Assembly: GCA_937992175.1 (NCBI GenBank)
Contig: CALKLF010000042.1
Location: 9,743-73,742, forward strand
DNA length: 64,000 nucleotides
Direction: 5' to 3'
DNA from: an uncultured Fimbriimonadales bacterium
GTDB lineage: Bacteria; Armatimonadota; Fimbriimonadia; Fimbriimonadales; GBS-DC
Shown here: in pieces, positions 34,034 through 42,848 of the stretch
Layout of the letters: every line of letters starts with the position of its first letter
Numbering within the stretch: position 1 is the stretch's first letter
Program-made: the position numbers and the translations under genes
Notes under the pieces: generated by a model
What the model saw: only the letters and a program-made list of their open reading frames with translations
Database searches by the model: none
Told to the model about the DNA's origin: nothing

Positions 34034-34962
34034 ATCGTGCGCGCCATCACCTCCTCGATGAGGTTCGAGCGGAACGGCGAGAAGTGCTGAATGTGAAACA
34101 CTGTGTTGCGCTCTTTGCACAGCCACGCGACGGCGCGCACGCGCCACGCGGGCAAGCGCAATCGCAACGGGCTGACGACGCACTCGGTCAACAGCGCGCC
34201 CCACCCCAGCCGCGACTGCAAATGCACGCCGAAGTCGTTTTCGCTCCATGTGAAGGGCTCACGCGCGCCGCGCCAGCCCCGCCAGCGCAGCCAGTAATCG
34301 ACCCACTCGGCGAATTCGTAGCCCTTCGTGAGTTGCTCCGCGCGGGCGACGCGCTCAATCAGCAACCGCTCATGGCGACGGCTCAGCGTCAGGCGCGTCT
34401 GACCCGTCAGCACCTGCGATTTTTCGAGGCGAAAATCGGCGGGCGCGGCAGTCTGCAGCCCGTACAGGCTCCATTCCACCCATCCGTCCTCGTCAGGGGC
34501 GACACGCAGGCTCTCGAAAATCGGACGCGCCAGCTGAAACAGCGCATCGTGTCGGGAAGCGGAGCGGAGCTGAATCAGCACAATCGTGTGATGGTCGGGG
34601 TAGCGTTGAATGCGTCCGACAGCGCGCTCGTCCGAACGCCAGCGGAACTCGATGCAGTTCTCGTCAACGGGGTGGAGCGTTCCTGCGAAGGGCTGACGCG
34701 CCTTGTGCTTCGCGCGTTCCAGCTGCTTGAGGAACTGCTGCAGCACATAGTTCAGGTCGGTTTTACGGCGGGAGCGCGTCCACTTGAGGTCAATTTCTGC
34801 GCTCTGGGGCGAGCCGATTTGGATGAACCCCTCGCGCCACTCCCCCGAATAGCCCGTGAGGAACCAGTCGGGCGGCGTATTCAGCCGAACGCCCTGCCAG
34901 CCGATCAGCGTGGGCAGGGCAGGAGAGGCTTTGGAGACGCCTGCCTGACTGCCGGGTTTCAC
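34024..34962 (-). CDS. Hypothetical 312-aa protein, no recognised family, apparent internal two-fold repeat
   Basis: GTG 34962 overlaps the tatA stop (GTGA). The soluble W/R-rich sequence has halves that share a W-x-G-x-L-x(3)-P-x-D-[FW]-x-L pattern by eye. Confidence 0.55.
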   Translation of the reverse strand: MKPGSQAGVSKASPALPTLIGWQGVRLNTPPDWFLTGYSGEWREGFIQIGSPQSAEIDLKWTRSRRKTDLNYVLQQFLKQLERAKHKARQPFAGTLHPVDENCIEFRWRSDERAVGRIQRYPDHHTIVLIQLRSASRHDALFQLARPIFESLRVAPDEDGWVEWSLYGLQTAAPADFRLEKSQVLTGQTRLTLSRRHERLLIERVARAEQLTKGYEFAEWVDYWLRWRGWRGAREPFTWSENDFGVHLQSRLGWGALLTECVVSPLRLRLPAWRVRAVAWLCKERNTVFHIQHFSPFRSNLIEEVMARTICC

Positions 34963-35132
34963 TTCTGCGCCTGTTCCGCCTCGTCTTCGGTACGCGTCGC
35001 GCGGCGGAACTCCGTCAGAGCCTCCCCAATCGATCGCGCCAGCGCAGGCAACCGCGACGCGCCAAACAGCACCAGCACGATGACCAGGAGAATCATCCAC
35101 TCCTGCGTACCCATGTATCCCAGAATCGGCAT
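34959..35132 (-). CDS. tatA: Twin-arginine translocase subunit TatA/E
   Basis: 57 aa: MPILGYMGTQEWMILLVIVLVLFGASRLPALARSIGEALTEFRRATR. GGAGG SD, with a GGGGTATACT -10-like box upstream on the minus strand. Confidence 0.8.
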   Translation of the reverse strand: MPILGYMGTQEWMILLVIVLVLFGASRLPALARSIGEALTEFRRATRTEDEAEQAQK

Positions 35133-35209
35133 GCTTGGTTTTCCTCCAATGGATAGTATACCCCATCGTGCATCGCGTCCGCACATGGAAGGTATAACTA
35201 TGTTCCTGA

Positions 35210-35686
35210 ATGCGCGAGTCGGGCTTTGATATTCAGCGGGTGATTGAACTCATCGCCGACCGTAAAATCGAGGAGGCGATTCAGGAGGGCAAGTTCGACG
35301 ATTTGCCGGGCAAGGGTAAGCCGTTGCCTCTAGACGAGGAGTGGTTCGCCCCGCCTGAGCTGCGTCCCGCCATCCGCCTGCTGAAAAGTGCGGGCGTGCT
35401 GCCAGACTGGCTGGAGCGCGCTCGTGAGATTGAGCGACTGCGCGAAGATGCCATGCGCCTGTGGCGCATCGCCGAACGCGAGTATCCCCGCGCCTGCCAG
35501 CTCAGCGCGGAGCGCTTCGTCGAATGGCGCGAGGCAAGCTGGCAGGGGATTGTGACCCTCATGCAGCGCGTGAACAGCCTGATTTTAGCGTACAACTGCA
35601 CCGCGCCCGCCAACGCCAACCCGCAAATACCGTTCCAGATCGAGGCGGAGCGGGAGCGGTTTTATGCTCAGTTCGAACAGGAATAG
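35210..35686 (+). CDS. DUF1992 (DnaJC28-like) domain protein
   Basis: IADRKIEEAIQEGKFDDLPGKGKPLPLDEE is the DUF1992 signature. TATAAC at 35193-35198 lies 11 nt before the ATG. Confidence 0.7.
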   Translation: MRESGFDIQRVIELIADRKIEEAIQEGKFDDLPGKGKPLPLDEEWFAPPELRPAIRLLKSAGVLPDWLERAREIERLREDAMRLWRIAEREYPRACQLSAERFVEWREASWQGIVTLMQRVNSLILAYNCTAPANANPQIPFQIEAERERFYAQFEQE

Positions 35687-35738
35687 CCGTTTCCCGCCGA
35701 CGATTTGTGCTATTTGGAGCGATTCATAAGCCACGCGG

Positions 35739-37397
35739 CTAATGTTTCTTCTTCAGAATCGAGACCATCAGCCACATGCCCAGCACCGTCGCACCGAGGA
35801 AGCCGATAATCGTGAGCGTTGTGCCGAAGGGGATGTCGCGCGTGGCGGGCAACAGCAGTGCTAGCCCCACGATAAACGCCGCGACCAGCATGCTCAGCGA
35901 CAGGCGTGTAATCATCGCGTCGAGGCGATCAAGCGTCTCCTGCGTTGCGCCGATTTGCGCCTCCACAGGCACTTTGCCGCGCTCCACGCTCTGCAGCCAT
36001 TGCATCAACATCGCAGGCATCTCGCGCAGCAGGTAGCGCCAGGTGTCGACCTGCTCCACCAGGTCTTGCATACTCAGCGTCGGGAGCCACGCCGTCTTAC
36101 TCAGCTGGCGCACGAACGGCTTGGAGACGGCGAACAGGTCGTAGTCGGGGTCTAACTGCCTGCCGATGCCCTCCAGCATCGCGAGCGTCTTGCCCACCAG
36201 CCACAGGTTGCTCGGCAGGCGCAGATGATAATGCCGACACAGCTCGGTCAGGTCGTTCCAGAACTCGGTGAATCGGCTCTCTTTGAGGGTGCGCCCGCGA
36301 TACTTGTTGACGATGCGCTCCGCGGCACGGGCGAGCCTGTGGCGATCAGTAAATCGTGTGAACGCGCCCATCCGCGCGAACACATTCAAAATCGCGTGAG
36401 TATCCTGCCGAATAATCGCGATATAGAGGCGGGCGAGGTTCAGGCGGTCGTCGTCGTTCAGCACGCCCACCATCCCGAAGTCCAGCACGCCAATCCGCCC
36501 GTCAGGCAGTATCAGGTAGTTGCCGGGGTGGGGGTCAGCGTGGAAAAAGCCGTCTTCCAGTACCTCTTTGATAATCAGGCGCGAGGCGCGCAGGGCGATT
36601 TCACGTGTGTCGTGCCCCGCCGCGTGCAGGGCATCTACCTCGTCGACCTTAATCCCCTGAAGCCGCTCCATCACCAGCAGGCGTTCGGTACAATACTCCG
36701 TGAAAAACTGCGGGATGCATATCTCCGCCTCGCCTTCGAAGTTGCGGCGGAACTGCTCCGCGTTGCGAACCTCGCGCCGATAGTCGAGTTCACTGAGCAG
36801 CGTGAACGCGAAGTCCTCGGCGACGGTTTCGGGGTCGTAGAGTTCACCCAGTTGCGTGCGCTGCGCGAGGCTGGCCAAGTCGTGCAGGATCTCCAGATCC
36901 AGCTCCACCGTCTCACGAATGTTGGGGCGTTGCACCTTCACAGCAACGGGGGTTCCATCTAACAGCTTTGCGGCGTAGACCTGCGAGAGCGAGGCAGCGC
37001 CGAGGGGTTCAGAATCGACGCACGCAAACACCTCCTCAATGGGGCAGCGAAGTTCCGCTTCAATCACGGGGCGCATCGTCTCCCACGGCTCGGCGGGCGC
37101 GTTATCCTGCAGTTTGCGCAGCTCCTCGATGAACGGTTCAGGCAGAATATCGGAGCGCGTGCTGAGGATCTGTCCGAGCTTGATAAAGGTGGGTCCGAGT
37201 TCTTCCATCGCGGCGCGCAGATGCTGCGCGGGCGATTCGAGGGGTTCTTCAGGCGGGCGCAGCTCGCCCTTGCTGAGCGCGAGTCGTCGGTGGACGCTGA
37301 GATACTCCAGCGCGCCGCCAAAGCCGTGCCGCGCCAGAACGCTTACGACCTGCCGATAGCGCTGCAGGCTGCGCACGCGCCGCGTGAGGGGGCGCAT
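35739..37397 (-). CDS. ABC1/UbiB-family atypical kinase with C-terminal TM segments
   Basis: 552 aa. FIKLGQILSTRSDILPE, AAASLSQVYAA..VAVKVQRP and HADPHPGN. Confidence 0.85.
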   Translation of the reverse strand: MRPLTRRVRSLQRYRQVVSVLARHGFGGALEYLSVHRRLALSKGELRPPEEPLESPAQHLRAAMEELGPTFIKLGQILSTRSDILPEPFIEELRKLQDNAPAEPWETMRPVIEAELRCPIEEVFACVDSEPLGAASLSQVYAAKLLDGTPVAVKVQRPNIRETVELDLEILHDLASLAQRTQLGELYDPETVAEDFAFTLLSELDYRREVRNAEQFRRNFEGEAEICIPQFFTEYCTERLLVMERLQGIKVDEVDALHAAGHDTREIALRASRLIIKEVLEDGFFHADPHPGNYLILPDGRIGVLDFGMVGVLNDDDRLNLARLYIAIIRQDTHAILNVFARMGAFTRFTDRHRLARAAERIVNKYRGRTLKESRFTEFWNDLTELCRHYHLRLPSNLWLVGKTLAMLEGIGRQLDPDYDLFAVSKPFVRQLSKTAWLPTLSMQDLVEQVDTWRYLLREMPAMLMQWLQSVERGKVPVEAQIGATQETLDRLDAMITRLSLSMLVAAFIVGLALLLPATRDIPFGTTLTIIGFLGATVLGMWLMVSILKKKH

Positions 37398-37400
37398 CGC

Positions 37401-37718
37401 TTACTCCTGAGGATAGGTCTCCAGCTTGTGCAGGATGGCATCGAGTTTCTTCTCGATTGCCTTCATGTCGGCGTGGGTGGGTAGCTGCAGCTCTTTCAGC
37501 ACCTCCTGCACCTCTTCGCGAACGAGTTTGCGCAGGGCGTTGCGCTCCTTTTCGCCGCGCTTGAGCAGCTGCTCGACCATTTCGCCCGCCTCTTCGCGTT
37601 GCGCCTGACCGCGCTTGACCATTTCGTCCACGAGGTTCTGCGCCGTTTCGCGCGTAAGCGACACCGCGCCCAATCCCATCAGCACGCTTTGCTCCACGAG
37701 TTCGCGGATGGATGCCAT
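37401..37718 (-). CDS. Phasin-like / PHA-synthesis-regulator family helical protein (COG3937-like)
   Basis: 105 aa: MASIRELVEQSVLMGLGAVSLTRETAQNLVDEMVKRGQ... GGAGG SD. Directly upstream of the ABC1 kinase. Confidence 0.55.
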   Translation of the reverse strand: MASIRELVEQSVLMGLGAVSLTRETAQNLVDEMVKRGQAQREEAGEMVEQLLKRGEKERNALRKLVREEVQEVLKELQLPTHADMKAIEKKLDAILHKLETYPQE

Positions 37719-37776
37719 CGTTCGTTTTCCTCCAGTGGTCAATTATACCGACTGGCGGAACCACCCCCGCGCTCGA

Positions 37777-39867
37777 TTAGTGTTCCTGGGATTCCCGTTC
37801 GCGTTTGTGCTTCTCGATCAGGGGCTGCGCCACATTCGGCGGGGCTTCCTCGTAGTGGGAGAAGCGCGTGCGGAAGCGTCCGCGTCCGCGCGTGATGGAG
37901 CGCAGCTCCAGCGCGTAGCGGGTCATCTCGCCCATCGGCACATTCGCGCGGATGAGCTGTCTGCCGTTGCCGAGACTGTCGATGCCCATGATGCGCCCGC
38001 GCCGACCGTTCAAATCGCCCATCACATCGCCCGTGAAGGCTTCGGGCACATCCACCTCGACTTCCAGAATCGGCTCCAGGATGACAGGACCCGCCTTCAT
38101 CGCTGCGTCCTGGAAGGCGAGGCTGCCTGCGATGCGGAACGCCTGATCCGAGGAGTCCACCTCGTGATAGGAGCCATCCACCACATTAATCTTGAAGTCA
38201 GTTGCGGGGAAGCCCGCCTGAATGCCCTTCTCGGCGGCTTCGCGGATGCCTTTCTCGATGGCGGGGATATAGTTTTTCGGAATCGCGCCGCCGACGATGC
38301 TCTCGGTGAACTCGATGCCCGAGCCGCGCGGCAGCGGTTCCATATTGATAAAGCAGTGTCCGTACTGCCCGCGCCCGCCTGTCTGACGCTTGAACTTGCC
38401 CTCGACGCGCTGCACGGGGCGTGTAATCGTCTCGCGGTACGGGATGCGCAGTTCGACGGTCTCCACTTCGGTGTTGAACTTGCGCTTGAGTTTGTCGATA
38501 ATCACCTCCAGGTGCAGGTCGCCCATGCCTGAGAGCAGGGTCTGCCCCGTTTCGGGGTCGCGCCGGGCGTGGAAGGTGGGGTCTTCCTCCTGCAGGCGGG
38601 CAAGCGCAGGTCCAAGGCGGTCTTCGTCAGCTTTGGTTTTGGCGACGACGGCGACGGTGTAGATGGGGTCAGGCATTTTGATTGGCTCAATCGCGACGGG
38701 ACGGCTCTTGTCGCAGAGGGTGTGCCCTGTGCCTGTCTCCTGCAGTTTCGCCACAACACCGATGTCGCCCGCGCGCACCTCGGTCGTCGCAATCTGGTTC
38801 TTACCGCGCAGGTAGAATACCTGCCCGATGCGTTCATCGCGCTCCTTCTGAGCGTTGTAGACCTGCGAGTCGCCTTTGAGCGTGCCGGAATAGACGCGGA
38901 AGAAGGTGAGTTTGCCGACGAACGGGTCGGCGGTGGTTTTGAACACGAAGGCGGCTAAGGGCGCGCTGGGGTCAGGCTTGAGTTCGATGGGTTCGTCCTT
39001 GCGCAGGTCTTTCGCAGCGGGCGGGGGGGCTTCAGCCGGGCTGGGCGCGAGTTCGACAATCGCCTGCAGGAGCGGAGCAAGCCCCTCGCCTAACGCCGCC
39101 GAGCCGCACAACACCGGCACAATATGCCCCGTGCGCACCCCCTCGTGGAACGCATGCACCAGCTCCTCATCGGTCAGCGGGTTCCCTTCAAGATATTTTT
39201 CCAGCAGGGCGTCGTCGGTCTCAGCGGCGGCTTCCATCAGCAGCTCGCGCGCGCGTCCCACCAGCTCCTGCAAATCGTCGGGCACCGGTGACGCCGCAAT
39301 ATCGCGATCTTTACCTACATAAGCTTTCAGGTGCAGCACATCCACCACACCTTTGAACTGCGTCTCCGCCCCGATAGGCACCTGCAATGGCACGATGCGG
39401 TTGCCATAGATGCTGCGCAGGTGGTTCACCAGCCCGCGATAGTCCGCGCCGTCGCGCTCCATCTTGTTGACGAAGATGAAGCGGGGGAGTTTACGCGCCT
39501 CGCACAGCTCCCATGCATTTTCGAAGCCGACTTCCAGCTCCGCCTGCGCAGGTGCTACCAGCACCACCGCGTCCACCACCTGCAGCGCACTATAAAGCTC
39601 GCCGATGAAATCGGGGAAGCCGGGCGTATCTAAGAGGTTGATTTTATATCCATCCCACTCGATGGGCAAAAGCGTTGTGTTGAGACTGATTTTGCGGCGC
39701 TGCTCTTCGGGGTCGAAGTCCGAGACGGTGTTGCCCGCCTCGATGGTTCCCACGCGGTCGATATGACCTGCTACATAGAGGAGATGCTCGGCGAGCGTGG
39801 TTTTGCCGCTGCCGCCGTGTCCCGCCAACGCTACATTGCGAATCTGCTCCAGCGCGTACTGTTTCAT
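37777..39867 (-). CDS. fusA: Elongation factor G paralog (EF-G2-like translational GTPase)
   Basis: 696 aa. AGHGGSGKTTL, DTPGFPDF and NKMD, with domains II-V recognisable. Confidence 0.85.
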   Translation of the reverse strand: MKQYALEQIRNVALAGHGGSGKTTLAEHLLYVAGHIDRVGTIEAGNTVSDFDPEEQRRKISLNTTLLPIEWDGYKINLLDTPGFPDFIGELYSALQVVDAVVLVAPAQAELEVGFENAWELCEARKLPRFIFVNKMERDGADYRGLVNHLRSIYGNRIVPLQVPIGAETQFKGVVDVLHLKAYVGKDRDIAASPVPDDLQELVGRARELLMEAAAETDDALLEKYLEGNPLTDEELVHAFHEGVRTGHIVPVLCGSAALGEGLAPLLQAIVELAPSPAEAPPPAAKDLRKDEPIELKPDPSAPLAAFVFKTTADPFVGKLTFFRVYSGTLKGDSQVYNAQKERDERIGQVFYLRGKNQIATTEVRAGDIGVVAKLQETGTGHTLCDKSRPVAIEPIKMPDPIYTVAVVAKTKADEDRLGPALARLQEEDPTFHARRDPETGQTLLSGMGDLHLEVIIDKLKRKFNTEVETVELRIPYRETITRPVQRVEGKFKRQTGGRGQYGHCFINMEPLPRGSGIEFTESIVGGAIPKNYIPAIEKGIREAAEKGIQAGFPATDFKINVVDGSYHEVDSSDQAFRIAGSLAFQDAAMKAGPVILEPILEVEVDVPEAFTGDVMGDLNGRRGRIMGIDSLGNGRQLIRANVPMGEMTRYALELRSITRGRGRFRTRFSHYEEAPPNVAQPLIEKHKRERESQEH

Positions 39868-40187
39868 CGCCTAACTCCTATTCTTGAAATTCAACAGGCG
39901 AATGTGTCGGATGGATGCGTAAAATTAAGCCCCCTGCGTGTGTGCAGTGAGGCTGGTTCATTCGCCGTGTATGCCTGCGCCCCAGCGGCTATATTATGGC
40001 TGATTCGGCGAGGTAAAGTCAAGGGGGCTACTCGTCAGGGAGGGAGAGACAATACCCCGACGCACTTCGTTAAGATTCCGTTATATTTTGCCCTCACCGC
40101 CTGCAGTCAAGGCAGAACCGCCAAAAACACGGGGTATAAATAATCGAGTTGTGCAGCCCTGCACAGTAATTACGGAGGGTTCAACCT

Positions 40188-40682
40188 ATGAAACGCTTCT
40201 ATTCGACGCTTGCTATGTTCTTTGCGCTGGGGACGCTGACCCTGAACGCGCAAATCTGAACCTTTACCAGCACACTGACGGGCGACCAGAATGTGCTCCC
40301 GAACGATAGCGCCGCCACCAGAACCGTGAATCTCACCTACAATCAGCAGACGAAAGTGCTGCAGATTAGCCTGTTCGGTTCGAGCTTCGACAATGATGTG
40401 ACCTTCGCCAATGTGCATTTCGGCGCGATTGGCGAGAACGGTTCGAACCGCTTCTTCCTGACCCGCACGAACAGCGAGCCGCGCGTGTACGAGTCGTTCG
40501 ACACCGTCCCGCTGACCCCCAATTGGGAGAACGAGTTCCTGAACGGGCTGTGGTATGTGGATATCCACACGCAGCGCTTCCCGCGTGGCGAGATTCGCAC
40601 GCAGCTGCTGCCTGAGCCTGCGTCGTTGCTGGCGCTGAGCGTGGGCGTCGCAGGGCTTGCGCTGCGGAAGCGCCATCACTAA
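40188..40682 (+). pseudogene. CHRD-domain protein with Sec signal peptide and PEP-CTERM anchor, interrupted by an in-frame TGA at 40257-40259
   Basis: ATG 40188 (GGAGGG SD) encodes MKRFYSTLAMFFALGTLTLNAQI, then TGA. The same frame continues TFTSTLTGDQNVLP...HFGAIGENG...YVDIHTQRFPRGEIRTQL (CHRD) and PEPASLLALSVGVAGLALRKR (PEP-CTERM). Confidence 0.7.
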
Positions 40683-40690
40683 CAAAAACG

Positions 40691-40764
40691 GTACGACGGC
40701 GTCCCCGACGTCGTACCTGATAGATTACTTCAAAAACCCTACGACGTCGGGGACGCCGTCGTAC
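40691..40764. terminator. 25-bp perfect inverted repeat between convergent genes (probable bidirectional transcription stop / family-B relative)
   Basis: GTACGACGGCGTCCCCGACGTCGTA ... TACGACGTCGGGGACGCCGTCGTAC. Carries the GGGGACGCC core, with no clear U-tract. Confidence 0.5.
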
Positions 40765-40777
40765 CTTGTGTTTTTAA

Positions 40778-42589
40778 CTAAACCCCCACCGCCTCGCGCA
40801 CTGCGCCTGCCGCCGTCCATGCGCGTTCGTGTTGCAACACATACTCCGCCACTTGGCGGCGCAGCGTCATCGTGTTGGGTTCGGTGGTGCGGCGCATGAA
40901 GCGTTTCAGCGCAGTGAGCAGAATCTGCGCCATGTCGCCCTCGGCGAAGCTGTGAATCGCGCGGCGGGCGTGCGCCTCAATCGCGTCCATCGCGTCGTAG
41001 GCGAACACGCGCGTCATCGCGAGCGGCAGCGTGATGTCGTAGCCCTTCTGCTGCAGCTTGCGGGTGCGCAGGTACGCGCTCTCCATCGCGTAGAGCTGAA
41101 TCAGACAGTCGGCGAAGTGCCCCACAATCTCCTGCTTCTCCTCCAGCTCCGTGCCGACCTGCTCAGCCGCCATACCTGCAACGGCAAGCACCGCCTTCTT
41201 CGCATTCGCGATGTAGCGTTCGATGGCCTCAAGCGGGTCAACAGGGTCGGGCGTGGGCATTTGCGGGGTGTTCAGCTCGGCGCGAATCGCCCCAATCGCC
41301 TCCATCAAGCCTGGCAGCTTGCCCTTGAAAGCGCGGCGCATGAGCTGATCCAGCATCAGCAGGCGGTTAATCTCGTTCGTGCCCTCGAAGATACGGTTGA
41401 TACGGCTGTCGCGGTAAATCTGCGCGGCGGGGAACTCCTCCGTGTAGCCAAAACCGCCGTGAATCTGCATCGTCTCGTCCGCCACATAGTCCAGCACCTC
41501 CGAGCCGAACACTTTCAGAATGGCGCACTCCACGGGGTATTCCTCGTCCGCCTCGCGGTACTGCGCGTTGGCGTCGGGCGCGAGCGGATCGATGCCGTGC
41601 GTCACTTCCTCCAGCATGCCCGCCGTGCGGTACACTGCGCTTTCCAGCGCGTAGAGCTGAATCGCCATCTCCGCGAGCTTGTGCTTAATCATGCCGAAGT
41701 TGGCGATGGGCTGCCCGAACTGCTGGCGGTCTTTGGCATAGCGCGTGGCAATCGTGAGGGCCTCCTTCGCCCCACCCAGCGCCGCGGCTGCCAGCTTGAA
41801 CCGCCCGATATTCAACACGCCGAACGCCACATGATGCCCCTTGCCAATCTCGTGCAGCACATTTTCGACGGGCACTTGCGCGTTGTCCAGAATCACGCGG
41901 CGCGTGCTGGAGCCTTTGATGCCGAGTTTATGCTCCTCGCGCCCCACTGACACGCCGGGGAAGTTGCGCTCCACGATAAACGCGGTGAACTTCTCGCCGT
42001 CGATTTTGGCGAACACGATGAACAGGTCTGCCCAGCCCGCGTTGGTGGTCCACATCTTCTCGCCGTTGAGCAGGTAGTATTTGCCGTCGGGCGAGAGGGT
42101 GGCTTTCGTGCGGGCGGAAAGCGGGTCGGAGCCGCAGTTCGCCTCGCTGAGCGAGAAGGCGGCAATCATCTCGCCCGTAGCGAGCTTGGGCAGGTACTTC
42201 TGCTTCTGCTCAGGCGTGCCAAAAAACAGAATGGGCAGCGTGCCGATGCCCACATGCGCGCCCCACGAGACGGCGAACGACGCCTGCAGGCTCATCCGTT
42301 CGGCAATCAGCGTGCTGGTGGTTTTGGGCAGGTTCAATCCGCCGAACGCTTCAGGCAGGTCTGCGCCCAGCAGCCCGAGCTGCCCCGCTTTCTTGAGCAG
42401 ACTGACGGTCAGCCCTTCCTCTTGGTGTTCGATGGCTTCGTTGCGGGGTTGCACCTCGCCGCGCACGAACTCTTCAGCGGCTTGGGCTAACGCAAGGTCT
42501 TCCGAGGTGAAATCTTCGGGGGTGAACACCGTCGACGGCTCCACCGCTTTCAGCAGAAACTCGCCTCCACGCAAAGTAATCGCTCTCAT
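40778..42589 (-). CDS. Long-type acyl-CoA dehydrogenase (FadE-like, ~600 aa)
   Basis: ACAD N-terminal, middle and C-terminal patterns (FSLSEANCGSDP, IHGGFGYTEEFP, YRDSRINRIFEGTNEI) plus a C-terminal extension. Confidence 0.85.
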   Translation of the reverse strand: MRAITLRGGEFLLKAVEPSTVFTPEDFTSEDLALAQAAEEFVRGEVQPRNEAIEHQEEGLTVSLLKKAGQLGLLGADLPEAFGGLNLPKTTSTLIAERMSLQASFAVSWGAHVGIGTLPILFFGTPEQKQKYLPKLATGEMIAAFSLSEANCGSDPLSARTKATLSPDGKYYLLNGEKMWTTNAGWADLFIVFAKIDGEKFTAFIVERNFPGVSVGREEHKLGIKGSSTRRVILDNAQVPVENVLHEIGKGHHVAFGVLNIGRFKLAAAALGGAKEALTIATRYAKDRQQFGQPIANFGMIKHKLAEMAIQLYALESAVYRTAGMLEEVTHGIDPLAPDANAQYREADEEYPVECAILKVFGSEVLDYVADETMQIHGGFGYTEEFPAAQIYRDSRINRIFEGTNEINRLLMLDQLMRRAFKGKLPGLMEAIGAIRAELNTPQMPTPDPVDPLEAIERYIANAKKAVLAVAGMAAEQVGTELEEKQEIVGHFADCLIQLYAMESAYLRTRKLQQKGYDITLPLAMTRVFAYDAMDAIEAHARRAIHSFAEGDMAQILLTALKRFMRRTTEPNTMTLRRQVAEYVLQHERAWTAAGAVREAVGV

Positions 42590-42627
42590 CGCTTGCCTCC
42601 TGTACCAGGTTCGCCATTTGCAGTTCA

Positions 42628-42704
42628 GATTCCTCGCCTTCGGCTCGGAATGACAGCCGATAGCGCACTCCGCACGATTGTCATTCCGAGCGGAGCGAGG
42701 AATC
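42628..42704. repeat. Family-A palindromic element
   Basis: GATTCCTCGCCTTCGGCTCGGAATGACA ... TGTCATTCCGAGCGGAGCGAGGAATC. Confidence 0.85.
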
Positions 42705-42848
42705 TCACTGCTCCAGCGACGCGCTTATTATACCTTGAATTTTGACTCGTTGTTCGAAAAAGCAGATGCAGTGCAAGGAACGGTTTTCGAACGGGGGAAC
42801 TCATCGGCGGGGACGCCGATGAGTTCTGGAAACCCTGAGCGACGGAAC

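Noticed and set aside
40257-40259. TGA in the CHRD/PEP-CTERM gene as a selenocysteine codon
   Set aside because: The position is at the signal-peptide junction, where Sec has no plausible role. The downstream hairpin is short and lacks the features I would expect of a bacterial SECIS. No sel genes are in the window. A nonsense mutation or sequencing error is more likely.
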